Below are positions 18,793 to 32,901 of a stretch of DNA of 64,000 bases, piece after piece; the stretch's first letter is position 1, and every line of letters starts with the position of its first letter. The position numbers and the translations under genes are program-made. The notes beneath the pieces were generated by a model. It searched no databases. It worked only from the letters and a program-made list of their open reading frames with translations, and had not been told where the DNA came from. This stretch comes from Haliotis rubra (taxonomy: Eukaryota): positions 434,001 through 498,000 of the forward strand of contig NW_025767489.1 in the NCBI RefSeq assembly GCF_003918875.1, given 5' to 3'.

Positions 18793-20204
18793 TTAGTGAT
18801 GTATGAGTAATTTGCTGGGATATTCAGTTTACCTTCTATCTTTATATTCATTTTCACCCTATAACTCTTTCGCCCACTTAATTACAAAACATTGAATCAT
18901 AATTGTGTTTTCACAGAGATAATAAGACATTATTTGCGAAGAGTAAAGTTCTATAGCAGGTTGACTCAGACGGTACATATTTATTTTTACACTTTTAATT
19001 TCAGGACAAAGAGATGACAAAGAATTATGCAGCATTAAATGTTTTGTCAATTGATGATTGTCTTGAAATCATGTTTACACTCTCTAAATACAACTGTGTA
19101 TATGCTTAATATACCCTTGATAGAAACGTATTTTGAAACAATACCCAAACATTAAAATAAATCCATATAGTTCATTCTTCTACATCATAAATGATAAATG
19201 CCAAACCTATGTATAGGATATCATATTCCAGCTGTATGGCGGCGGTCTGCAACTAATCGAGTCTGAACCAGGTGAAGGCTGGAAAACTACATTGATGATA
19301 ATGACTGAATATCTGACAAATAATCGTGTTGTTTCCTTATTGTTTAACGTCGCAATCAGCAATATTTATATCTCTGTGTATAAGAGAGTTTTGACCAAAC
19401 AACATCATGAGCAAAAAGTACAAACTACACAAGTCAGCGAGCCTGAACATCCTATCCCGTTAGGCGACTCCTAAGACATGCATGGGTTGCTGAAGAACAA
19501 TTCTAACTAGACAAATACACAAACACACTGAAGGTGAGTCCAGAGAATGTGTTCGCACACACGTGCACGTACATGTATCTGTGTGTGTGACATGCACATC
19601 TGTACATGTATCAGTGTACATGTGTGTGTGAAGCATCCGTGATATCCGATGTCATTTCTGTTATGCCTATATAATTTGTGGATTGTGCACATATCAGTGT
19701 CACCAATCAGTAAAATAAACATGTTGTTCACAGTCCGGACGGATGTTCACGAACCGTATATGTTTACTTAATTAACTGGCCAACTGAGTTGTTTTAATTA
19801 CATATCCTGACTGAAGATACTGTACATTTAGGATTGACATCTGAATACAAAGGCGTGGATGACAAGTGAGCTGTTTTGTGATTGCACATATCAGATGTAA
19901 ACGTGTAGTGATTTTGCATTATGTATGTGTGTGTCACAATTGGGCAAATGTGACTAAATACCACGTCTCATATTCAACCGATGGATGTAGGAATAATTCG
20001 ACATTCAGGCATACTACAATAGATCGTTTGTGACATTACCTCCTGTGCTGAGGAAGGACGTGATCAGACACGTCGGATCAACATGCGGATGTCACTCGGT
20101 AAAATTATTGATGTGATGAATTAAGCTTTACATTAAATGCTTATTTGTTTTATCTAGATTCGTGTCGTTTTTGTAATAGTTAGGGAAGCAACTTGGGTCT
20201 CGAT

Positions 20205-20283
20205 TCAGTAGTCCGGACTATTCGCAATCCGGACGAATTTACTGAGAAACGCAACCGTCCGGATTAACGAGGCTTCACTGTAT
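20205..20283. mobile_element. Terminal fragment of a Tc1/pogo-like MITE
   Basis: Repeated TCCGGA motifs ending CGTCCGGATTAACGAGGCTTCACTG-TA; a similar degraded terminus at about 22558-22760. Confidence 0.4.
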
Positions 20284-20284
20284 A

Positions 20285-20768
20285 TGTGTATGTGATTGTA
20301 CACATATCAGTGTACATGTGTAGGAGCATCTGAATGTGTGTGTAATTGGGCACATATCAGTGTAAACGTGTAGGAGCATCTGTATGTGTGTGTAATTGGG
20401 CACATATCAGTGTACATGTGTGTGAGGATCTATATGTGTGTATAATTGGGCACATATCAGTGTACATGTGTAGGAGCATCTGTATGTGTGTGTACTTGGG
20501 CACATATCAGTGTAAACGTGTAGGAGCATCTGTATGTGTGTGTAATTGGGCACATATCAGTGGACATGTGTAGGAGCATCTGAATGTGTGTGTAATTGGG
20601 CACATACCAGTGTACATGTGTAGGGGCATCTGTATGTGTGTGTAATTGGGCACATATCAGTGTACATGTGTAGGAGCATCTGAATGTGTGTGTAATTGGG
20701 CACATATCAGTGTACATGAGTAGGAACATCTGAATGTGTGTGTAATTGGGCACATACCAGTGTACATG
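20285..20768. repeat. 50-bp minisatellite, about 9.5 copies
   Basis: Unit TGTAATTGGGCACATATCAGTGTACATGTGTAGGAGCATCTGTATGTGTG. Confidence 0.92.
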
Positions 20769-22974
20769 AGCGGGTGCCAGTGTTTTTAAACATCAGCTCT
20801 GTCACACTCTGTTGCATATCTTCAAAACTATTTTTTCGTCAGACTTTGACCTCTTTGATTCCGGAGAGGGCTTCACAATCTTAACATGTAGTCCACAATA
20901 ACATATGGGTGTTTCTATATAATATACACCGGTAGTTGTATATATCATTGTATTCATTCACTTCTTCCTGGCGTGCCTGTCCGGAACATACCACCCGTTG
21001 CTTGCTGAAAACTTAAACTAAGAGCAAGTAACAGCATGAAGAAACCAATGATGCTGTACACCTTTTGCAGCATTTGACTGCGTAGATACCATCAGTATAT
21101 ATTCAGTTCGCCTGTACACGGATGCATTTCATGAGGCTGACAGGTGGTGGATGGTTTCTGGGTGTTCATGACCTGTTCATGACGTTTCAGTTCATTCAAA
21201 GGCAGCATCTGTTGTATTTCCTGTTTTACTTATCACCATTATTGCTTATTCAATATGCAAGAATGAAGAAGTAAAGCAAATCGATTCTCTCAAGGTCATA
21301 CATAAAAAAAGATCTATGCATACATGCAGTATTTCATTTTGTCACTGATGATGATCATGCCTGTTGTAGTGCTGAATATATATGAAGCAAAAAGTCACAT
21401 CTTTTGATGTACGGATTAGCCGACAAAACAATATTATTCACATTGTGTCTTCTCCTTACCACATTTTGCTATCAATACAATACAACGCGTTATTTACCTC
21501 TGAAACAACACACATGTGAATGTAATCGCGAAATGTGTTTAGGGTACGATACGGATTCATTTTTGACAATCCCACCACATTATCAAATACGTTTTTAGGA
21601 TTCTGTCTGACTAATCTCTCACAGACTCCCAACACATGCCGGCTGGGGCGTGCTGGGTAGTTTCATTGATCAATGGGTATTGGTCAGCAATATTTATGCA
21701 GCTTATTTCGTACTAATATATTATGGGTGATAATTACAGACGTATTACATGAGCGGTATGGCATCAGGCTGTGATGTATCGTTATGTTCTTACCTAACAA
21801 CACATATGCCTTTCTTATCAGGAAATAAGGGCAGGATATTGATTTATTTTTACATTTTTACCAATTCTAATATATTTAATAAAGTTTATGTTTCATACTG
21901 TCACGGCAAATTATTAACCGTAACAATACATTGCTTCAAAGAGATATCATTGCAATTTTTGTTATGATGCACATGATAACAGCAGTTGATATTCCACAGT
22001 AATATGTTTATTGTACTGTCTGTAATTGAGTGATATTTTACAAAGAAACGAGGTAAAATGTGCACCTTATTCATAAATTCTTATAAAGATTTTGATTCCA
22101 TTAATAGGTCAATATAATGGAGACTTTTAATAAAAAGCGATTGAACACATAATGGTTAAATGTCTCCAGCGCGTATATCAATAGTGTGTGTTTGTGTGAA
22201 AGTTCGGCCTCGGTGTTAGGCAAGGCAGTGTAATAAGTCATCTGTCTTTCGCAATGTTTATTAATGTATATCAGATTGAGTACTTGAATTCAGGTTCATC
22301 CAGATGTAACTTCAGAGACAGTCTTAAAAGGTGTATTGAAGTTTTAGAACAGTGGTGTAATGATTATTCCGTGACAGGAATGTTGGATAATGTGAAACTT
22401 GTTGGGTTTTTTATTGGTTTAAAAAGGTGGTACTCTTGTTAGACACGATACTAAATTTAACATTGAAATGTCTTCAAAACATCCTTCTGTTCTGGGAAAG
22501 CTAGCTATGTTTATCCTCCTTGGTAAGGAACTAATAGAGGTATCTTAAAATAACATATACAATGCACTCTGTCCAACTCGGACTCTGTCTTTCTCGGATT
22601 GCTGTATAAACCGGACTGAACTAACTGTCCCAACGTAATCCTTTTTTGTTGTCATAATGAAAAAGCTCTGTATCTCGAACTCTCATTATTTCGGATTTCG
22701 GACCAAAGTGTCGGCCCGAAAAGGTAGTTACACGTAGTTGCTTTATAATCCGGACTGAGCAGGAAGTCCGCTTGGCCAATAAACCTTGAATAAACAATCC
22801 GTTGATTGGTTTGTGTATTTTGTCTTATTTACTGAGCAGGAAGTCCGCTTGGCCAACAAACCTTAATAATACATTTGCTTCACGGGTATTCAGTGATTAC
22901 CTCCCTTTGTCGTTCAAAATTGCGTGAGAATGTCTGTGCATGATACAAATGACAGTCACTGTTACTCTGCGTAC

Positions 22975-23690
22975 CGACCGACAGAGATAATACACCCACA
23001 GTCACACTGTCGGCTTTTGTTGTGCCAGGAGACTCTCACTGTTACAATGTCCGACAGACAGAGATAATACACACACCCACAGTCACACAGTCGGCTATTG
23101 TTGTGCCAGGGAGACTCTCACTGTTACAATGTCCGACAGACAGAGATAATACACCCACAGTCACACAGTCGGCTATTGTTGTGCCAGGGAGACTCTCACT
23201 GTTACAATGTCCGACAGACAGAGATAATACACACACCCACAGTCACACAGTCGGCTATTGTTGTGCCAGGGAGACTCTCACTGTTATAATGTCTACAGAC
23301 AGAGATAATACACACACCCACAGTCACACTGTCGGCTATTGTTGTGCCAGGGAGACTCTCACTGTTATAATGTCTACAGACAGAGATAATACACACACCC
23401 ACAGTCACACTGTCGGCTATTGTTGTGCCAGGGAGACTCTCACTGTTACAATGTCCGACAGACAGAGATAATACATCCACAGTCACACTGTCGGCTATTG
23501 TTGTGCCAGGGAGACTCTCACTGTTACAATGTCCGACAGACAGAGATAATACACACACCCACAGTCACACAGTCGGATATTGTTGTGCCAGGGAGACTCT
23601 CACTGTTACAATGTCCGACAGACAGAGATAATACGTACACCCACAGTAATACAACCGGCTATCACTGTGCCAGGGAAGCTATGACTGTAA
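22975..23690. repeat. About 77-81-bp minisatellite, about 9 copies
   Basis: Unit CAGACAGAGATAATACACACACCCACAGTCACACAGTCGGCTATTGTTGTGCCAGGGAGACTCTCACTGTTACAATGTCCGA. Confidence 0.92.
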
Positions 23691-23814
23691 ACATTGAATA
23701 ACGATCAGCACCGGTTCTGAATGACGATAGTGTCGGAATGGGGAAAATCTACTGAAATTACATGACGTTACTCAAGGCTAAGTTTGAAATGGGGTTTCAT
23801 ACGGAATATTTCAG

Positions 23815-24036
23815 ACACATGAAGATCCGGGTTAGAATTGGTATTCAGCAACACATGCTTGTCATAAAATGCGACTAACATTATCGGGTGGTCAGGCTCG
23901 CTGACTTAGTTGACATGAAATCGTATCCCAGTTGCGTAGATCGATGCTCATGCTGTTGATCCCTGGATTGTCTGATTATTTACAGACTGCCGCCATATAG
24001 CTGGAATATTGACAGCGGCGTAAAACAACACACAAA
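23815..24036 (+). mobile_element. SINE family 1 copy
   Basis: GAAGATCCGGGTTAGAATT...GGTCAGGCTCGCTGACTT...CCGCCATATAGCTGGAATATTG...GGCGTAAAACAAC; GAATATTT on both sides (probable TSD). Confidence 0.85.
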
Positions 24037-24239
24037 CAGAATATTTGAAAAGTGGGACCTTGTTTTTATTTCCCATTTCTGCTGACATAAAGCGACCCTA
24101 GTGCCTGTCTGTCTCCTCTGACACAACTCAGATCAACATTTATATCCACATAAGAACAAACATAACTGTAGTATGCCTCGTGTTAGGGGATAGTGATTTC
24201 GTGTTCAGTCTTGATTCAGTGCCAATAAATCACTGGGAA

Positions 24240-24299
24240 AGCTTAGTGGTTAAACCGTTACGCCCCGGGTTCGATTCCTCACGTGGGTGCAATGTGTGA
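24240..24299 (+). mobile_element. tRNA-derived SINE head running into a gap
   Basis: TAGTGGTTAA (A box) and GGTTCGATTCC (B box); similar to 42155-42280. Confidence 0.6.
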
Positions 24300-24494
24300 N
24301 NNNNNNNNNNNNNNNNNNNNNNNNNNNNNNNNNNNNNNNNNNNNNNNNNNNNNNNNNNNNNNNNNNNNNNNNNNNNNNNNNNNNNNNNNNNNNNNNNNNN
24401 NNNNNNNNNNNNNNNNNNNNNNNNNNNNNNNNNNNNNNNNNNNNNNNNNNNNNNNNNNNNNNNNNNNNNNNNNNNNNNNNNNNNNNNNNNNNNN
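24300..24494. other. Assembly gap (N run)
   Basis: N bases. Confidence 0.98.
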
Positions 24495-24796
24495 GCCGTT
24501 GTTGCTATTGCGTAAGTTATCGGTAAAGCAATACATGTTGGTTAAAATGTTCACTGGTTGGGGATGGAACCAGCGCACTTTCGCTCTCCGGGCAAGTGTA
24601 CTGTGTACAGCGGTGTAATTAGATTACTTCAGTAACAGCTCGAATATTTAGATTACTGTGTGAGGTTATCATGACACGTGTCCTAGAACCAGATCGAGAA
24701 TTCTAAACCACGACCACATATCCTGGTTATCTAAGTGACGCAACTTGTTCGTGGGTGGATTGTGTCACATGGGTGGATACATCATAATGGCCGTTC

Positions 24797-24913
24797 CCAT
24801 ACATGGCGAGAACATATGACTGTGTGTTCTGAAGCTCGTCACCTAACACACCACGTTGCCGATCTATTGAATGCCATATCAGGTGATTCATTGACAAAAT
24901 AGAGGTATATAAA
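24797..24913 (+). promoter_or_regulatory. Actin E promoter: TATA box with two one-mismatch CArG-like boxes
   Basis: TATATAAA at 24906-24913, about 75 bp before the ATG; CCATACATGG at 24797-24806 and CCATATCAGG at 24874-24883. Confidence 0.6.
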
Positions 24914-24987
24914 CCCGCCCGTCTGAACCGGTGCAGTCAGCGTTACAGAAGAAAGTGGTGATACACGTCTCATATCTTTCTGCCAAA

Positions 24988-27720
<2,733 letters not shown>

Positions 27721-28050
27721 TGACTGATATTGCATAGACAGTAACATTAAAGAATCACTATTAATCACCTAAAGGCCAAAGTGTATAATTGTCCTTCTCA
27801 TCGTCAGAAATGTGTTGTGACTGAAATTACAAAATACATAATGATTGCTTCAGTTATCCTGATAATGGTTGTCGAGCGTTTGTGTATTATTCCAATGTTG
27901 TTTTCTTCTTTTGGCATTGATACATTTTCTTGGCTTATTTATTATATATTACATATCTTGCGTCAATTCTATTCTATTGTCTACTTGGAATAGTTACAAA
28001 GAACGTGCGTTGTTTTGTGCGTTGTGCATGCTGTATGTTTCATGCAATCG

Positions 28051-28172
28051 TTAGTATATACAAAGTTGTACCACGAACTACAGTTACACAAGCTGAAACC
28101 GACATGTCTCGTCAGTATATACAGAGTTGTACCACAAACTACAGTTACACAAGCTGAAACCGACATGCCCCG
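28051..28172. repeat. 60-bp tandem duplication in the actin E 3' UTR
   Basis: Two copies of T(T/C)AGTATATACA(A/G)AGTTGTACCAC(G/A)AACTACAGTTACACAAGCTGAAACCGACATG; single copy in the paralogous H flank (about 53408). Confidence 0.85.
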
Positions 28173-28758
28173 TATGAGTAATTGCATCGTTTTACATGCA
28201 AGCAACACAACGTTTCTTAGTTATTTGTTATTTGTGTTGCACAATTATACAAACACGTAACTTAGGGGGAGCTTTGACTGCATTCAACTCTAAAAAAATT
28301 ATTTTCACATTTTGCAGTGTATGTCTATTGTAAGACTGGTAAATATTCTAGTCCTGCTTGACAGAGACATTGTGTCAAAGTGGGTACTTGTTTTCTAAAT
28401 AAAACATTCCTCATCAGAAAATATCCACCTTAACTTGTTTCTATTTCATATTCGAAAGAAATATCTCGATGAACATAGAGAAATGTTGTGGGGTTTTACT
28501 TTATATACACAGCATTAAACAATCTGTTTCCTGATACGTGAATGTAAAGTTAATGCGCTTATATATAAACCCCTAATTTGACAGACGGAAATACGGTTGT
28601 CGGTTATTATTCTAACTGGTAAAATAGTTCCTTTTTCTCGGTGGTGATGATTCTGTACATGAGATTACCATGTCAAGGAACCAAAGGGACAACAAGCCTG
28701 ACCACCCGATCCTATTATGTGGACTTGTACGAAAAAAATACATTAAACTTATAAGGAC

Positions 28759-28871
28759 CTGGGCCTCGTTCTACAAGGCGATTGTAGTGCAACGAGTGTC
28801 GTAAGTCTATGTTAAAGTGTAGGAGTTACGGTCGTCTTAGGGTTACGGTCGCTTTGAGGAACGGGGCCCAG
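28759..28871. mobile_element. Small palindromic MITE (second copy at 54046-54158)
   Basis: Imperfect TIRs CTGGGCCTCGTTCTACAAGGCGA...TCGCTTTGAGGAACGGGGCCCAG. Confidence 0.75.
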
Positions 28872-30375
28872 TTCTCATTTGCGCTTCACAAGATTTTAGT
28901 CAAAACAAAAGCCCGAAGATTGCGTTATTTTATGCTTTGTTGAAACCAGCTCTGTAAATATTATGTAGGACACCCTATTTCAAACTCAGCCTTGAGTAAC
29001 TTCATGCAAATTCAGTAGTGTCCCCTTTCCGACTCTATGCACTGAGTAAATTTACATCGATCACTTTCTGTAGAGATCAAGGCCCATAACTGTGTATGTT
29101 CAAGATCAAAAAGCATGTAGCAAGGGAAGTAAGTCTTGGAAAGATCATTGGTGGCGCCAGTTTCAGAAGTTTGTCTTCAGTGGTTGACATAAACATGCAC
29201 CTATCCACAGATTCGAATACTAAGCATGTTTGAAGACAAGCAGTAAGTTTGAAAAACTGTTCCGTTGTTGCAGTTCGGGGCCTAAAATCTGTTTGTTCGT
29301 CATATGCTGTGATATTCACCAATTCCTTTCAATGGAACCAAATTATTATTCGAAGATTCCAACATTTACTAAATATATTTGGGGATGCATTGTGATAAAT
29401 CCCTTGTGGTCTTGAGGCACGAGTGGGTATGTCATTAATGGGGTTTTATAACACCAAACAGTATTTATGTAACGGGGATGGCACTTGGTCCTAAAAACTT
29501 CGTTAAGGGGGGTCCGTTTTATTACTACACTGAAGTAATAGACTGTTTTACATGTTACTCAACTATTGGATAATTTGCTTCTAACTTGCGACATGTTATG
29601 AGGCATCAAAAACCATATTGGACCTGTAATTCACCAATTTAACACCATCCAGTCATGGCCTTTAAACCACCAGGCTGGGTTAAAGGCAGCCAGTGAGCAA
29701 GCTTCACACTTTCCTTATGCACCAGTCCTCAGCCAATGTAAACCAATGGTAAGACACTAGACCTGACCTCATTCAGATTTATCTACGTTGCATTGCAACT
29801 ACTTTTGATATATGACCCAGTCTTGGCTATATATGCATCGTATGAAGATATAAACCCTTTCATTGTATATATGTTTCAGGTTTTCTGAAATAATCACAAA
29901 CAATAATAATTAATACAAGACATATTCAAATAGTTTTCCCAAATCGATTTACAGTTGCTTTCATTATTCTGTACTTGATACATTTATGCAACATATTCGG
30001 GCTAAATTCATTCATGTGACATGCTACGCCTCACATAAACTGACATTATATTGCGGCACATTGACATCACTGATATAAATAAATCATTTCCTGATTTGTA
30101 CCAAAATTGTGCTCACTGTAGCCTCAGTTGCATCAGATTACACTGTTCACAGGATTCAAGAAAGAATGTCTACATTTTGTCACTTCGATAATAGAGCTGA
30201 CCTATTTAATACATCTAATAATCAGTGATAAGCTCATATCCCCCATTCGTGCAATACATCTGTTGTAATTGAAAGTTTATTTTTCTTCCCTTTACCTTCC
30301 TTTACGATCCGAATAACAACTAATATTGTCCATGACGGTGAATAAAGGTGTCACCATTGTATTCTAAGTCAGTCA

Positions 30376-32329
30376 CTAAAAACACTTTCTGTGAACAATG
30401 GATGGGCCAGACTCAGCATACTCCTGCTTGCTGATCCACATCTGCTGGAAGGTGGACAGAGAGGCAAGGATGGAGCCACCGATCCAGACGGAGTATTTCC
30501 TCTCTGGAGGAGCGATGACCTTGATCTTCATTGTGCTGGGAGCAAGGTCTGTGATCTCCTTCTGCATTCGGTCAGCGATACCTGAGCACAAGGTGCTACC
30601 TCCTGAGAGAACAGTGTTGGCATACAAGACCTTACGAATATCAACATCACACTTCATAATGGAGTTGAATGTTGTTTCGGGGATACCGGTTGATTCCATA
30701 CCCAAGAAGGATGGCTGGAAGAGGATCTCTGGACAACGGAACCTCTCGTTGCCAATAGTGATGACCTGACCGTCGGGAAGCTCGTAGCTCTTCTCCAGGG
30801 AGGAAGAAGTGGAAGCTGTAGCCATCTCCTGCTCGAAGTCGAGGGCGACATAGGCCAGCTTCTCCTTGATGTCCCTGACGATATTTCGCTCGGCGATGGT
30901 GAAGGAGTAACCGCGCTCTGTGAGAATCATCATCAAGTAATCAGTGAGATCGCTACCAGCAATGTCAAGTTCCATGGTGGCGTGTGGTAAGGCATATCCC
31001 TCATAGATGGGAACAGTGTGGGTGACACCATCACCAGAGTCCAAAACAATACCCGTCGCACGACCGGAAGCGTGCAGAGAAAGAACGGCCTGAATGGCCA
31101 CATACATAGCTGGAGAATTGAAGGCTTCGAACATGATCTGGGTCATTTTTTCACGGTTGGCCTTAGGGTTGAGAGGAGCCTCTGTCAGGAGAACGGGATG
31201 TTCCCCAGGATTCACTTCGAGCTTTTCGAATGTGTGATGCCAGATCTTCTCCATGTCGTCCCAGTTGGTTACAATACCGTGCGAGACAGGGTATGTGAAT
31301 TTGCGAGCATAGTGCCTTGAGCGAGCTTCGTCACCGACGTGGTAACTATTTCCCTGGAATAAATTGACATGACATATATACTCAGACTTAATTGAGACTG
31401 GACCGACAAGAAATAAAGTCACTAAAGATCACGATACAGGACATGGAACATGACTTGCTACCAAGTGAAATCTGAAATGCCATGCTAACATTATTACCTA
31501 CGCCCCTTCAAAGACGAATGCCATAAAACATGGCGTGTCAAAACCAAATATTCCTAATAATAACCTAATAATAAGGATGGTAATATTATACACAGAATTG
31601 AGAGTAAACATTGAGTATATGTAATAAGGATTCAAAATATCTAAGGAATGTACAAAATAATGAATGTTTGCTAATGCTGATGAGTACCTTGTCATCCTTG
31701 GTATCGAAATTTATGTTACAATAGAGATGATGGAAGAGAAGAGGAACACTTAATGGATAGACAACTCAAGTATTTGCGTGATAACTGTGTTGGAATCTAC
31801 ACCGAAACGTCGCACCTATTGCGATAAAGAAGTATCTATCCATAAAGTGTTCCTCTTCATCACAGTAGGTCCTAAATGGCACTTAAGAAAAACAATTATA
31901 CGGATGAAATGACGGGGGGGGGGGGGGGATTTCTTTCTGTAATAGAATTCAGTATATATACTAAAGGATATCCCGAACCTGTGTTATGTGAGAATCATTG
32001 TTCCGGTCCTATATATATGTTTGATTATCTTATTTATGAATTATTTAGTAACATAATTACGATGATTTAAGATCCTCGGACATCTCTGGATCATTCATTC
32101 ATTCATTCATATGACAGTACGACTTTACTCGGAACCCTACCGTCCGTATGAACGAGGTTTTCCTCCAGTGAACAGTCAAAGAACCTTAACAAACATCAAT
32201 TACCTGGCGGGGGCTGCGACCGACGATGGAGGGGAAGACAGCTCTTGGGGCGTCGTCACCGGCGAACCCAGCCTTACACATGCCGGAGCCGTTGTCGATA
32301 ACCAGGGCGGCAACACCTTCGTCGCACAT
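30376..32329 (-). CDS. act: Actin F, divergent D-loop-deleted actin, 367 aa, exons 32204-32329 and 30376-31353
   Basis: [12 protein letters not shown]...GRSPRQ|GTAATT; acceptor TTATTCCAG|GGAAAT at 31354/31353; open frame with three in-frame deletions (7+1+1 codons); ends HRKCF-TAG; AATAAA (minus) at 30276-30281. Confidence 0.85.
31735..31862. mobile_element. Penelope-like terminal-repeat remnant with inverted flanks, in the actin F intron
   Basis: AAGAGGAACACTTAATGGATAGA and TCTATCCATAAAGTGTTCCTCTT inverted arms enclose TGC-GTGATAA-CTGTGT..ACAC-CGAAACGTC-GCA, a degenerate minimal hammerhead layout. Confidence 0.45.
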
Positions 32330-32901
32330 TTTGGCTGAGAGTAATAAGACGTGTTCACTACTGTGAGGAATGTGTTAACCTTGACAGGCGGGTTTGGATA
32401 CCAAAGTGGTAAATGTATCACTTTACAGGGAATGCAGACACTAAAGGACGGCTACACATACATTCACAGGCTTTGGTGGGGTATACAATTAGGCTCTCTC
32501 GGGGAACGTCTAGTGTTGCGGGAAACACACGCATGTTTCCTTAGGAAAATTGAAGACACGTCTACATGTCCACAATATCAGGGCGTCGCCCACAACAACC
32601 TTTCATAATATGACTATTTAAGGCAGCATTGGGCTCAAACATTTACCCAACTTATACAAAATATCAATATAAAGTATTATATCCCTTTGAGATTAACACT
32701 GTTAGGGTGCTATTGATATACAGTATGACCAGAAATTATTGAGAATTTTAGGAATATGTTTAATTCAATTTCTAGTATAAAAAACCTTGACCAGCTATCA
32801 AGTGCTTGGTTTCATTCCGTTAATGTTTTTTCATTAGTTTGTAAAGAGTTATTCCCCTGTGTTTACTTGCTATCAGACGACATTTTCAGTGATCCTCAGT
32901 A

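Noticed and set aside
20285-23690. CRISPR-like appearance of regular arrays
   Set aside because: Head-to-tail repeats with no unique spacers, no cas genes and a eukaryotic context
31677-31712. Active hammerhead ribozyme CTGATGA..GAAA
   Set aside because: Stem II is plausible, but no convincing stem I/III or cleavage triplet was found by eye
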